A stretch of 64,000 nt of DNA from Octopus sinensis (Eukaryota): positions 68,510,001 through 68,574,000 of the forward strand of contig NC_043007.1 of assembly GCF_006345805.1 (NCBI RefSeq), written 5' to 3'. Position 1 is the first letter of the stretch; each line of letters starts with the position of its first letter. The translations under genes were made by a program, and so were the position numbers. Positions 52,158 to 64,000 of this stretch are shown here, one piece after another. The notes beneath the pieces are model-generated. The model was not told the DNA's origin. It searched no databases and saw nothing but the letters and a program-made list of their open reading frames with translations.

Positions 52158-52217
<60 letters not shown>

Positions 52218-52219
<2 letters not shown>

Positions 52220-52870
52220 ATTTGGTAGATTCCAGTGAATTTCTATTGCAGCACCTGCTACTCCTCCGTGTTGCTAGGTGTGTGCAGCATTGTGTGTTCT
52301 TTGTTGTTGCTGTTGGACGAGTGTGCGAACTCTTCTAGGTATTATACGGCGTCAGTTTGCTTTGTTACGAGGCCCGATTGCCGTCCTTTGTTCTACTAGT
52401 GCTTGTATTGTGTATTGTGTCCGTTCTTCTGTTGGGTAAACAACCTGTTAATAGTTGTTTATTTTGATGGATATTTGTTATTTATAGTGTGTCTTGTATT
52501 TCTGGATTGATTTGTTTGGGTTATATTATTGAATTCATATTGCCTTGCGCAGAATGTGGGCTGTTTCTATTTTGTGAATAGTGTGTAGCGTTGAGGATCC
52601 AGGTTTAGATTCTATATTTTTGTTCATATGTTTTTGATATAATGTCCAAAGCTCCAATTATTACTGCTGTTGTTTTCACCTTCATGCTATTTGTTCTTCA
52701 CAGGTTTATTACTGTTCTTATTCTGACTGATGTCCATTGTCCGGAAATCTTGCGTCACACGTCTGTGACCTCTTCAACAACACTCTTTGTCTTTGTGTGT
52801 GCTCTTACTCCACTTATTTTATTCTGCTCTTCTATGATGTTTATCCTTAGAGGCGATGTTTGACCTTTCA
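52218..52870 (-). mobile_element. R4/Dong-clade LINE 3' end with (AAT)n tail
   Basis: Minus frames give VIIGALDIISK and ETAHILRKAI. The 3' end runs into (AAT)n at 52160-52217. Confidence 0.65.
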
Positions 52871-53766
52871 GCCTACGGTATGACAAATATATCCATTCGA
52901 AGAAGAAGGAAGCGGTTTCAAGTTAAAATGTCAAGCCTGAAACAACAGACCCGCCTACTATTGTCACTGTCAATGCTTTAATGACAAGCCATAACTCTTG
53001 CCGAATCGATCATCTCCAGGGACAACAAAGACCGCGGTACCCAGTGGAGAACCAGAATGGTTCCAGAAGTATTCACGCCTCACCGAGGTCATCTCATCTG
53101 GATCTATTTCCAAGCTCTTTATGTTCCTTCTTGAGCTCGTTCAGGAATCGATGAAATAGAGTACCAGTCGTAAACTGTGATGGATATAATCAACTCATTC
53201 TTTTCACCCAAAATTCTAATCCATGTGCCTAAATTAGACACATTATTGCTGTTGATGCTATTTGTACTTAGTACTCGTTTTTTTTGTTTTGTAATGTTGG
53301 TCAGTGGTATTCATTTAGGCGATGAGGTTCCTATATTCCTAACTGGTGTGAGACTTTGCTTCATGTTTATGCTCGTAAGCTTCAATCAAATAAAACAAAA
53401 CTTCAACTCTATTTATATCGGCTTGAAATGAAGTTACTCGTAATTATAATGGTTCCCCTGTGGCAAAAATCCAGAAACAATAACATTTAAAATAAAACAC
53501 CGAGACGTGCATATGTAAATTTACTGGCTTATTTCTTATCAGACACATGCTCGCGCAAATATATATACACATGCACATAAACGCACACATATACACAATT
53601 ATATGGACATACATATATGTATATATACATACACAAACGAATATATAATTATACTTAAGCTTATATAAGTTTATATATATATGTACATGCATGTATATAT
53701 GTGGGTATATACATATACATTCATGCATATATGCATGTATGCATATGTTCATGTGCATATATTTAT

Positions 53767-53798
<32 letters not shown>

Positions 53799-54185
53799 GC
53801 AAATATACTTATATTCAAATGTGCATATATATATACATTTAAGTCTTACACACACATGCACATATAATATACATACATATATATATATATATGTGTGTGT
53901 GTAACTAAATTCTTAAATTACACACATACATACACACACAAACACACGCATATATGTAATTAAATTCTTAAATTATGAATGCATGTGTTTGCGTGGGGAT
54001 ATGAGTGTGACCGAAGCTGAAGAACCAAAGAAAGAAAGAGAAAGAAAGGAAAGAAGAAAAAAACAAACAACCAAACAAAAAAGAAACAGCAACGATAACA
54101 AATTTGTATCTGCTAATAATTCTTGACATTCTATCTGATATTCAATTATATCTATAAAACAAGTTGAATTCTACTGATTTAAAGT

Positions 54186-54231
54186 TGTATTATCATCATC
54201 ATCATCATCATCATCCTCATCATTATTATTA

Positions 54232-54282
<51 letters not shown>

Positions 54283-54408
54283 TATTATTATTATTATTAT
54301 TATTATTGTTATTATTTTTATTATTACTATTATTACTATTATTATTATCATTATTATTATTACTATTATTATTGTTATCATTACTACTACTACTACTACT
54401 ACTACTAC

Positions 54409-54466
<58 letters not shown>

Positions 54467-54564
54467 GTTATTATTTTTATTATTACTATTATTACTATTA
54501 TTATTATCATTATTATTATTACTATTATTATTGTTATCATTACTACTACTACTACTACTACTAC

Positions 54565-54612
<48 letters not shown>
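54186..54612. repeat. Compound (ATC/ATT/ACT)n microsatellite with a higher-order duplication
   Basis: An identical interruption pattern occurs twice (about 54301-54410 and 54463-54570). Confidence 0.95.
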
Positions 54613-54613
<1 letters not shown>

Positions 54614-54969
54614 TCTCGTTATTTCTATATTTCTGGCTTGTATTTTATTCTTCTCGTTCGTTATTTGTTATTGGAATAACTAGAACTGAACTAATATGAC
54701 AACAACGACTTGAATCACATGTTTTTGCAGTTAGTGTTTTTGTTTGTCTTTGCTGTTATTATTAATATTTCATATGCAGTAATTATTTTGTTTTGTGTGT
54801 TTACTTTTGAGTAGTAATTAAATAGACTGAGTGGGGGTAGAATTTCATTTATTTCAAAGACGCTAATTGAAATAAGCACATGCGTCCTGTTGGTCTCTGC
54901 CGAAATCTTTAGCACAGTAATATTTTGTTATTTTGTTAAGTACAATAAAATAAATATATATATATATAT

Positions 54970-55004
<35 letters not shown>

Positions 55005-55394
55005 ATATAAATAAACTAGACATATGAAACAAAAACGTAAAGAAATAAGCAAATAACGACACTAAATGATGTAAACAAACCATAAATAGATGTTGAGTCT
55101 GTTATAATTTATGAAAATAATACCTGTATGATAAATGACATAAATATTTGTCTGGTTCAAATTTCTCTTGCAGTTTCTTTTTAAATATCTCTTCTCTTCA
55201 ACTTTTCAGAAAATAGAGTTACCCTATAATATATCTTGCGACAGCAAACTTGTTTTGTATTCTCTTGTTTTAATTTCTTTGAAATTTCGTAATTTGGATC
55301 GCTGTGAATTCTCATTTCAAATCATAGAAGACGATTGAAACAATTATTTCTGCAGAACAAAACAAATAATCAACTGTATATCTAAAACTGTGAA

Positions 55395-55700
55395 GGCACA
55401 TGGTCTAGTGGTTAGAGCAGCGGTCTCGCGTTCGAGGGATCGCGGGTTCGAATCGCAGACCGGGCCATGCGTATGCCCATGAGTGAAACATCTAAGCTCC
55501 ACGCGGCTCTGGCAGAAGGTAATGGCGAACTTCTGCTGACACCTTGGCCACAACTTACTCTCACTCGTACTCTCCTACATCTAACAGCTCACCTGTGACA
55601 AACCGGCGTCCCAGCCAGGTGAGGAACCTATACGTCAATGAAACCAGGAAAACGGCCCTTAGGATCCGAGCATGGCTCGAGAAGGAACAAACAACAATAA
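55395..55700 (+). mobile_element. Full-length tRNA-derived SINE (family C)
   Basis: A-box TGGTCTAGTGG, B-box GGTTCGAATC, about 300-bp body, (AAC)n-like tail. Confidence 0.85.
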
Positions 55701-57654
55701 TACCTAAAACTGTCGTTACCGTGAACAGTTGGCTCCACCCGCAAATATACTTGTCTGATATCATATCAAATCTAGGATGTTATTTGTTAATACCTAGTGC
55801 CATAAAATCGAGAACTAAATTCTATGTAATCCGAAAATTTTCCATATGAAGATATGAAGCTATTTCACTTCGTTTCTGTCTCTGATTTTTGAGCAACGCT
55901 TCCATTCCCCGACTTATCCTCGCCAATTCCTCTATATCAATGATCTTCAATCAACTCAACATAAAGCACATTCCCAAGATGCGTTTTTTTTTTTACTTTA
56001 TGTATTATATTCACTATATTTTGTCACTATAGGGCTATCTTATGTGCATAGTAGTGTGTGAGTTGACAGTAACCTATCTGCTATTTCTTGTAGTTGAAAA
56101 ACTAAGCAATTTGTTTATCAGGAATTACATTTTCTAATATATATATTTCAAGAAAGCAAAATGCGTGTTTTGATGGAGATTTTACTGCTATTTCCTGTGG
56201 GTCGGGTGATTCTTAAAAGCTTCTATATTCAACGCCAAGATCAGGCACTATACACTGTCAACCATATTTGGGAAAAATATTTCTAGGTAGTAATACGGAA
56301 GACAGGCCTGACCACAGGCAGAGAGTATCTCTGTCACACTCACTCTTTCTTAGCCTTTTTCGAAGCTGATATAAGTGGTGAACTGAACTGAGTGACTTGT
56401 ATTTCATTATTTCACAGAAGTGGTTGGTGTAAGGTGTGAATTACTTAGAGTAAACATGATAGTAGCAAAGAAAGCTGATTATCTTTCGCGTACGAATAAA
56501 GATAAAATCACGTAAGAATAATCATCTAGATATAACAGCCAGATCTCTTTTAAATCACACTCAGACATTCTGAAATAAAAAGAAGGTTAATACAGCTAAA
56601 CTGTTTCTAAAAAGAGGTGACAGACACATCAAGAACATCTTTGGTCACAAGCCTGCTCGGCCAAAGCTGAACTGACATTAATAACAGCTATGAAAATCAG
56701 GAATACCATTAAGAGAGGTTTTATTTATATATTCCCGATCTGAAAGTGTCGTGGATATATATTTTTTTCTTATATCACAATCATTGTGGAACATCTTATA
56801 AAATAAAGATATTCCCAACTTAGTCCTAAACCACCTATTTAACAAAGTTTAAAAATCATTGTTGATATCTTTTGGAATCTATACACATTGAAAGATCATG
56901 ATTCCAGATAGCCATTGTTTTATTTTTCCAGTTTACGCAAGCTGCAAATGAATTTATGGACTGGTTCATTACAATTCATTATCAATTTATTTCTTTAGCT
57001 CCCTTTAATAGCATTTAATAGATACATTTTATAGCCTTAAATAGCTAAATTTTAGTAATTTTAATAGCTACTTTAGGCTTATCGGTTCAGCTTTCACGTT
57101 GTTATGATCACTTGGTATAAATATAGAAAGTAAAGAGATACGAATGGAGTAATATTTATTTATCTTTTGTCGACGAAGATTAATTTCGGTTTCTTCTAAT
57201 GAGATATTACAAAATAATAGTGATAGTAAAATAGAAACACTGATCAATTTCTTTAAAGATAAAACACGCATACACCATCTTTACCTCTATTCCAACAATA
57301 TATTTAAGGAAATGTAATCTGAATCAAATTTATTTGATTTACCAGCATATACATACGTACGTACATACATACATAATACATACATACAAACATACATACA
57401 TACATACATACATACATATTAGATTTTTTTTTTAGTAAATGATTAAAGGAGAATCGGGATAAACTGGGATTTCAGAAAGAGAAATAGACAGGCTAATTCG
57501 TATATTACAAGTGCAATCTATGAGTATAACAGTAAAAATACGCAAAACTTTTCTCAAGTTCCAAATGTTAATTTGTGCTATACATACGTGCATGCACACA
57601 TAATTACATAACTGCAGACATATACACACACACAGACACACGAACATATATTAC

Positions 57655-57877
<223 letters not shown>

Positions 57878-58004
57878 TTAATTTTATTGCACGTTATTTT
57901 TTTGTATAATTTCTGTAATTAATGTTTTCTTTTCTTTTTAATACACTGTACAAAAGCAAATTTATATTATCCTAAACGTAGAGAACCTAAACTTTTATGC
58001 TAAA

Positions 58005-58140
58005 GATGCGCCGATTACATCGAACTTCAGTATTTAATTGGTAAGAAACTTCATCAATCCTATGGGGATTAAAGGCAAAGTTGACCTCGGCAGAATTTCA
58101 ACACAGTATGCAGAGCGCCGGAATAAATATCCCAAGTCAA
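58005..58140 (-). mobile_element. Degenerate family A SINE
   Basis: AAAGGCAAAGTTGACCTCGGCAGAATTTCAAC matches the family A core. Confidence 0.65.
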
Positions 58141-58939
58141 TTTTTCATTTTTCTGATGCCCTTATGATTTTGTCAATCTACTGTTCGTCCGTGTTGTTTG
58201 AAATCACCTTCAAATCATATACGCATATAAAAAAAATAGATGAGTATAGTAACAGTGTATATTCTATAAAATTACTATGGTTTTCATAATACAGATGTTT
58301 GGATTCTATAGACATATCATATATGTATTACGTAACATTCAGTGTAACCAGAGACTAGTAAACATCCCAAATCAACAATGCTAGCCAATATAAACCACTG
58401 CATGTCTCTATGTGAATGTCATAACGTTTTTGGTATTATTTATTGGTACAGGTTGATGTGACTGACAACTCCAATTTTTCAGCTGTATATCATAGAATAA
58501 TAGTATGAAAATATTCAATAAATTGCAAATTTCTTACTAAGAGTGAAGTCGCTATTCATTATCTCCTGTTTCCTTTCAATGTAATGCAATATATGGCTTT
58601 TATTACATATCTACACGCATATTAGCACTTGGAGTAAATTAGTGTTATATATTTAAGAATCAATCATTAGTATTTTCATACGTAAGTATACCTATTTTTA
58701 TGCGTGCATATAAAAATATATCAAGTCTATAGATATCTCTAGAAGGGCATGTGTATATACCCGCACACATATATGCAAATAAGCATGTATGCGTATGAAT
58801 ATATATATATATATATGCATATACTAATAAGTGAATGACAAAAGTACATGAGAGAGGTAATCACATCCATTGGCTTGCCAGAGGTGAGTGATCTTATAGC
58901 TGTATCAGAAAATTAACCCAAATATATATATATATATTG

Positions 58940-58977
<38 letters not shown>

Positions 58978-59552
58978 ATATATATGTATGTGTGTGTATG
59001 ATGTACTATTCCGTGATGGTAAAATCAACAAAATGTGTACTCAATCTTGTGAGAGATAAATTTTATTTAATAGACAAAATACATATTTTCATGTGCTACT
59101 GGCAGTTTCTTGCGCTGAGAACGTGCCAAATAATGAATTATGATATGTGTAGCATCTTTACATAGTCATCAGGCAAAAACCACATACGCATGGAAAGATT
59201 ATATATAAAGAACATAAATACTCTGACATTCACAGAAACTCCAACCAACACTAACACACATATATACACATACACAAACACTTTATACATTCATATACAT
59301 TTCATTGCCTGTTTTAGTTTTTAAATCCTAGCACTTAAAGTAACAGCTTATCTACTAATTTCTCAGGTCTACATGATTTTTTGTAGAATTAAGCCTTGAA
59401 GAGCCATTCATGCCTTTTAAAAACATACATCTCTTGGTTACCCTTGCACTAACCGTCTACCAGTCACGTTCCAAAAAGGTGATGATAGTAAATGAGCCAA
59501 CGTCATCGTAGAACCCTTCACCGTAATTTTCGGATTGCCTCGTCTCATATTG

Positions 59553-59872
59553 AAAGACTCCGCCGGTTACGACGACGAGGGTCCCAGCTGATACGATCAA
59601 CGGAACAGCTTGCTCGTGAAATTAACGTGCAAAATGGCTGAGCACTCCACAGACACGTGTACCCTTAACGTAGTTCTCGGGGATAATCAGCGTGACACAG
59701 AGAGTGACAAGGCTGACCCTTTGAAATACAAGCACAACTCATTTTTGCCAGCTGAGTGGACTGGAGCAACGTGAAATAAAGTGTCTTGCTCAAGGACACA
59801 ACGCGTCGCCGGGAATCGAACTCACAACCTTACGATCATGAGCCGAATGCCCTAACCACTAAGCCACGCGCC
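59553..59872 (-). mobile_element. Full-length tRNA/CORE-like SINE (family D) with TSD
   Basis: Minus head GGCGCGTGGCTTAGTGGTTAGGGCATTCGGCTC..GTTCGATTCC, then CCTTGAGCAAGACACTT. Flanking duplication GCCTCGTCTCATAT at 59537-59550 and 59870-59883. Confidence 0.9.
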
Positions 59873-60442
59873 TCGTCTCATATATTGTGACTCTAGCTTA
59901 TCAGCGAGTGAATGGTGGAACAGCTTTGCTTGCATTTTTACACCAGCCTAGAACCAGGTATACGCCCTTGTTGCTTTGAACAGACTTTAGCGATATCGAT
60001 TTGTACAAAGATCTGCTAGGGCTACTTCCACTTATTGTAATGAGAGCCGGAGGAAAACTCCGCGACAGTGAGTTCTGGCAAGGTGGTATTTTTGTTGGTC
60101 ACATGTTTCTTTGACTTAAATCTTTTCTCTGTATGGTCACTCAGGTTTTAGTCTCTTCGTCGATAACACAAACAAATGGATTGCTGGCACAATGTATGTG
60201 GGTACGCGATTCGAGTATGCGACGTCTATATAGTGATATTGGTTCAAGTTTTTCGCAGTGTTTCACTTAGAAACAAAAATAGAAACAAAAATAATGTTTT
60301 ATTCAGCTTTAATATGGATATTTCAAAGAGTTACTTTTCATCATAATACCTTTTCTTTCTTGAAAATACTTACGCCCAATGTTTTGTATTTTGCATATGC
60401 GTTTGATATATGGGTGTGTAATTAATTAATATAAAGAAATAT

Positions 60443-60696
60443 TACTATTTTACTCGCTTTAGTCACTTGACTGTGGCCATGCTGGTGCACTACCTTCAAC
60501 TTTTGATCGAAGAAATTGACCCCAGGACCTATGGTTTGTAAGCCTAGTACTTATTCCATCATTTTCTTCTGCCGGACTGCCAAGTTACAAGGACATAAAC
60601 ACACTAAAATCGGTTGTCAAGCACAGACACACATGAATAAATACGTATACATACATACATACATACATATACACACATATATATAATATGCATACA

Positions 60697-60781
<85 letters not shown>

Positions 60782-60915
60782 GAGACGAGCTTCCAGTTCC
60801 CATCTACTAAATCGACTCACAAGACTTTGGTCGGCCGGAGATAATAGACAGCTGCCCTAGGTTTCACGCAGTAGGACTGAATCCGGAGCCATATGGTTGA
60901 AAATGAAGATTCTTA
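60443..60915 (-). mobile_element. Complete family B CORE-SINE with an expanded internal (TA)n
   Basis: Head, CORE, internal microsatellite (about 60640-60782) and CCAGCATGGCCACAGTCAAGTGACT tail. Confidence 0.85.
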
Positions 60916-61595
60916 ATAGTAAACTGATCCTTTATTATCACTGAGAACAATCCTTTGACAGAACACATATTATTACCCCAAAATAAAAAATATATATATA
61001 TACAAATAAAATAAAATTAGTGATTGAGAATAATATAAGGGTGAAAATTAATATGATTCGTTAAAAGGTGACATGCCATTTTTTTCTGGATATTTTGGTA
61101 TTTACAGTATAGAGATAATGTCATTGTGTTTACGAGTATTCATTAGCTTGTTTTGATGAATGTACTTTAAAGATGTTTGTTTATTTTTTATTGTTCGTGT
61201 GTGTTTTTGCAGAGTTATTGAAATAGAATTACAAACTGTTATTCAATTTAGATGTAATATGATCGTGTGTGTGTGTGTTTGTGTGTGTGTGTGTACGCGC
61301 GCGCGCTTTGGGGGTGTATATATGTGTATGCTGATTCCAGCCTTGTTAGGTTAAGTCTTCTAAACTGTACACCCAAAATTTTGATGTCGCTGGGTTAGCA
61401 AGGCTACGCGGTTTACATCAGACATGGGTTATAGTTCCTAAGGCGAAGCTACAACATTTTTCTCTCTTTCTGATTTTCTATATGTATGTATATATATATA
61501 TATACATATATAGCTACTACGTTACGTGAACGTAAACACAAGGTCTGTTTCCGAGTGCACACACAATTACATACACACACATATTTATGTGTGTG

Positions 61596-61650
<55 letters not shown>

Positions 61651-61766
61651 TGTATGTATGTATGCATGAATGTATGTATGTATGCATGTATGTATATATG
61701 TATGAATATATATATATGTATATATGTATATATGTATATGTGTATATATATATATATATATTTATA

Positions 61767-62583
61767 TAGAAATACAATAAGAGGCTTCCAAATAGGAAAG
61801 CCTTGTGCTAGAAAGAGCAGTAGAAAACTCAAAACCACCAAATAAGGATAAATTTTCGAAAGGAATGAAATTATTTCCCAGACCATGGTTTCTAACTATT
61901 TCCAGCAAAAAAATATTTGCCTAAGGCCAGTTTCATCAGTGGGACTGCCTTTCGATTTCAAATGCATACACAGCCGGATCCACATGTAAAACTAACTGCT
62001 TGTATATTCTAACTTTTCAGACCACTGCGCAGACGCAGATTATACCCGGCGACAGACAGGATGCCGGTAAAAATTTCGAACAAATTTATCAGAGAATATT
62101 TAAACATAATAAATAACAATAGAGTAATAAGAAATTATTATTACCAATAGCCTAGCACAAAAACGAATTAGTCATTAGACTATATATTATCCACATAGAA
62201 ATACAATAAGAGGCTTCCAAATAGAAAAGCCTTGTGCTAGAAAGAGCAGTAGAAAACTGAAATCCACCAAATAAAGATAAATTTTCGAAAGGAATGAAAA
62301 TTAAAACCGTTTACCATCAGCAAATATTTTTTGCTGGAAATAGTTAGAAACCATGGTCTGGGAAATAATTGAGATGGTAAACGTTTTTAATTTTCATTCC
62401 TTTCGAAAATTTATCTTTATTTGGTGGTTTTGAGTTTTCCACTGCTCTTTCTAGCACAAGGCTTTCCTATTTGGAAGCCTCTTATTGTATTTCTATGTGA
62501 ATAATATATAGTCTAATGACTAATTCGTTTTTCTGCTAGGCCACTCGAAATAATTTCTTATTACCCTATTGTTATTTATTATA
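61767..62583. mobile_element. Complex direct/inverted pseudo-LTR-like array
   Basis: Copy A 61767-61872 (+), segment X 61869-61920 (+), copy B 62106-62318 (+), X inverted 62320-62370, copy C 62373-62583 (-). Starts at a (TA)n tract. Confidence 0.75.
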
Positions 62584-63128
62584 TACGTATATATATGATC
62601 AGACAAACTCCAAGAAGCTTGTTTTGGTCTTTCTCAGCAAGGTGTACATAGTAAAATCGATATAAAGAGCACAATGACCTTTATGTGAGAGTAAAAATCT
62701 GACGCTTCAAACCTCAATCTTCGTCAGGGAAGAAATTGTGGAATAAATGAGATTGCAAAGTTTTTTGCAAGTTAAAAAACCTTTCGTTATCCTCCAACTC
62801 TTCTCTCACCTCATCATCTTCCATCACATCACTTTCGACTTTACATTTTACTGTCATTCTTGTTTTATTCTTACACTTGTTCTTCATGTATGAAACTTAC
62901 GTGGTCCTCTGTTCCTTATTAGTGGAAGACAGAATTTTAAGCTTGATGATGTGAAACTCTACTGTCTCGCATGTAGTTCTCTCCTTTCAAACTTTCCCTA
63001 CAGATGGAGTCACCAAGACGTTGCTTGTCACTCTTCTGGCACGTTTATTGTACTCTGCCTATCTATTTTACTACACACATACATACATACATACATACAT
63101 ACATACATACATACGTACATACATACAT

Positions 63129-63175
<47 letters not shown>

Positions 63176-63176
63176 A

Positions 63177-63312
<136 letters not shown>

Positions 63313-63394
63313 ATATACATACATAGATATCTATACATATAAAAACGTGATTATGTCTGTATGCTTGTCCAGCAAAATGAAAGTAAATGGTTCA

Positions 63395-63790
63395 GGGGAA
63401 GCTATTATGCTATAGCCTAATTTGTCTCAACAAAATTTATGCATTGGTACAACACTAATTGTGCAGAAACTTATGACAAACTGCATTGAAGTAAATATTA
63501 TCACTGGTTGTTCTAAAATTGACACCGTCTTCATTCCTCGCATAGTAGTTATATCATCTAATGTCCCATCCAATTTTAGCGGTTACAGTTTCCTATCCCA
63601 CTTTCTTTTGTCATGAGCATTAATAAAACTCATTGCTAAACACTAAAAGTTGCTGGGTTTCAACTTGATGAACCATGTTTTTCACATGGCCAGCTTTATG
63701 TAGGAGCATCACATATGGGAGCAAAAGCAAATCTTTTTGCCCATGCACCCCGAAATAAAAGAAAAATTGTTTTTAAAGAAATAGTCACTC
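63395..63790 (+). mobile_element. Helitron PIF1-type helicase C-terminal remnant
   Basis: NLCIGTTLIVQKL..TGCSKIDTVFIPRI, SINK and DEPCFSHGQLYVGAS motifs with frameshifts. Confidence 0.85.
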
Positions 63791-64000
63791 TTAATGTAAC
63801 AGTAATACTTCAATAACTTAACGTGTATGACATGGATCTTTTTCTACTTCCATTATTACATGATTTCTCTATTAAAATACACACATACCGGAGTAAATCT
63901 AAATCTCTATGGGTAGTGTCATCCTGGTTCAGATTTGAAACTGAATATTTCGATTCTCCTTCACCATAGGCCTGATCAAATGTCAAAAGAAACCGTGATA

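Noticed and set aside
55395-55470. tRNA genes (here and at 59800-59872)
   Set aside because: A and B boxes are present, but the cloverleaf is incomplete and the sequence continues into a SINE body and tail (with a TSD at 59.5-59.9 kb).
58452-58525. Possible plus-strand terminal exon (VDVTDNSNFSAVYHRIIV*) with a nearby AATAAA
   Set aside because: No upstream exons could be linked, and such signals are common in AT-rich DNA.
61925-61960. Possible hammerhead (CTGATGA on the minus strand near a GAAA)
   Set aside because: No arrangement gives stems I, II and III with GAAA in the right place.
62700-62730. Functional hammerhead on the minus strand (CTGACGA..GAAGCGTC)
   Set aside because: A15.1 is G, stem II is weak and stem I is unpaired; counted only as a decayed relic.

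Overview
AT-rich, microsatellite-dense animal genomic DNA. The SINE and LINE families look like those I recognise from octopod cephalopods (Octopus-like); this is from recall, not a search. No intact protein-coding gene, RNA gene or CRISPR array can be supported, and most of the supplied ORFs are translations of (TA)n/(CA)n/(ATT)n tracts. The window is a patchwork of decayed transposons: two L1/Tx1 LINE fragments, two CR1-clade LINEs, an RTE LINE, R4/Dong LINE pieces, several Penelope-like (PLE) remnants, non-autonomous Helitrons plus a Helitron helicase remnant, a Tigger/pogo transposase remnant, and about 20 tRNA-derived SINEs from at least four families. The most interesting signal is a set of roughly nine minimal type I hammerhead-ribozyme motifs, mostly in fold-back inserts in (TA)n tracts or just downstream of PLE endonuclease remnants. 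One has a fully canonical core (338-380, C3:G8). Two show the alternative Watson-Crick pairs at the catalytic 3:8 position: G3:C8 (17901-17951) and U3:A8 (19650-19697). Two have a C in place of A9. A few weak exon and promoter candidates lie in repeat-poor islands (about 4-8.7 kb, 26.6 kb, 39-42 kb).
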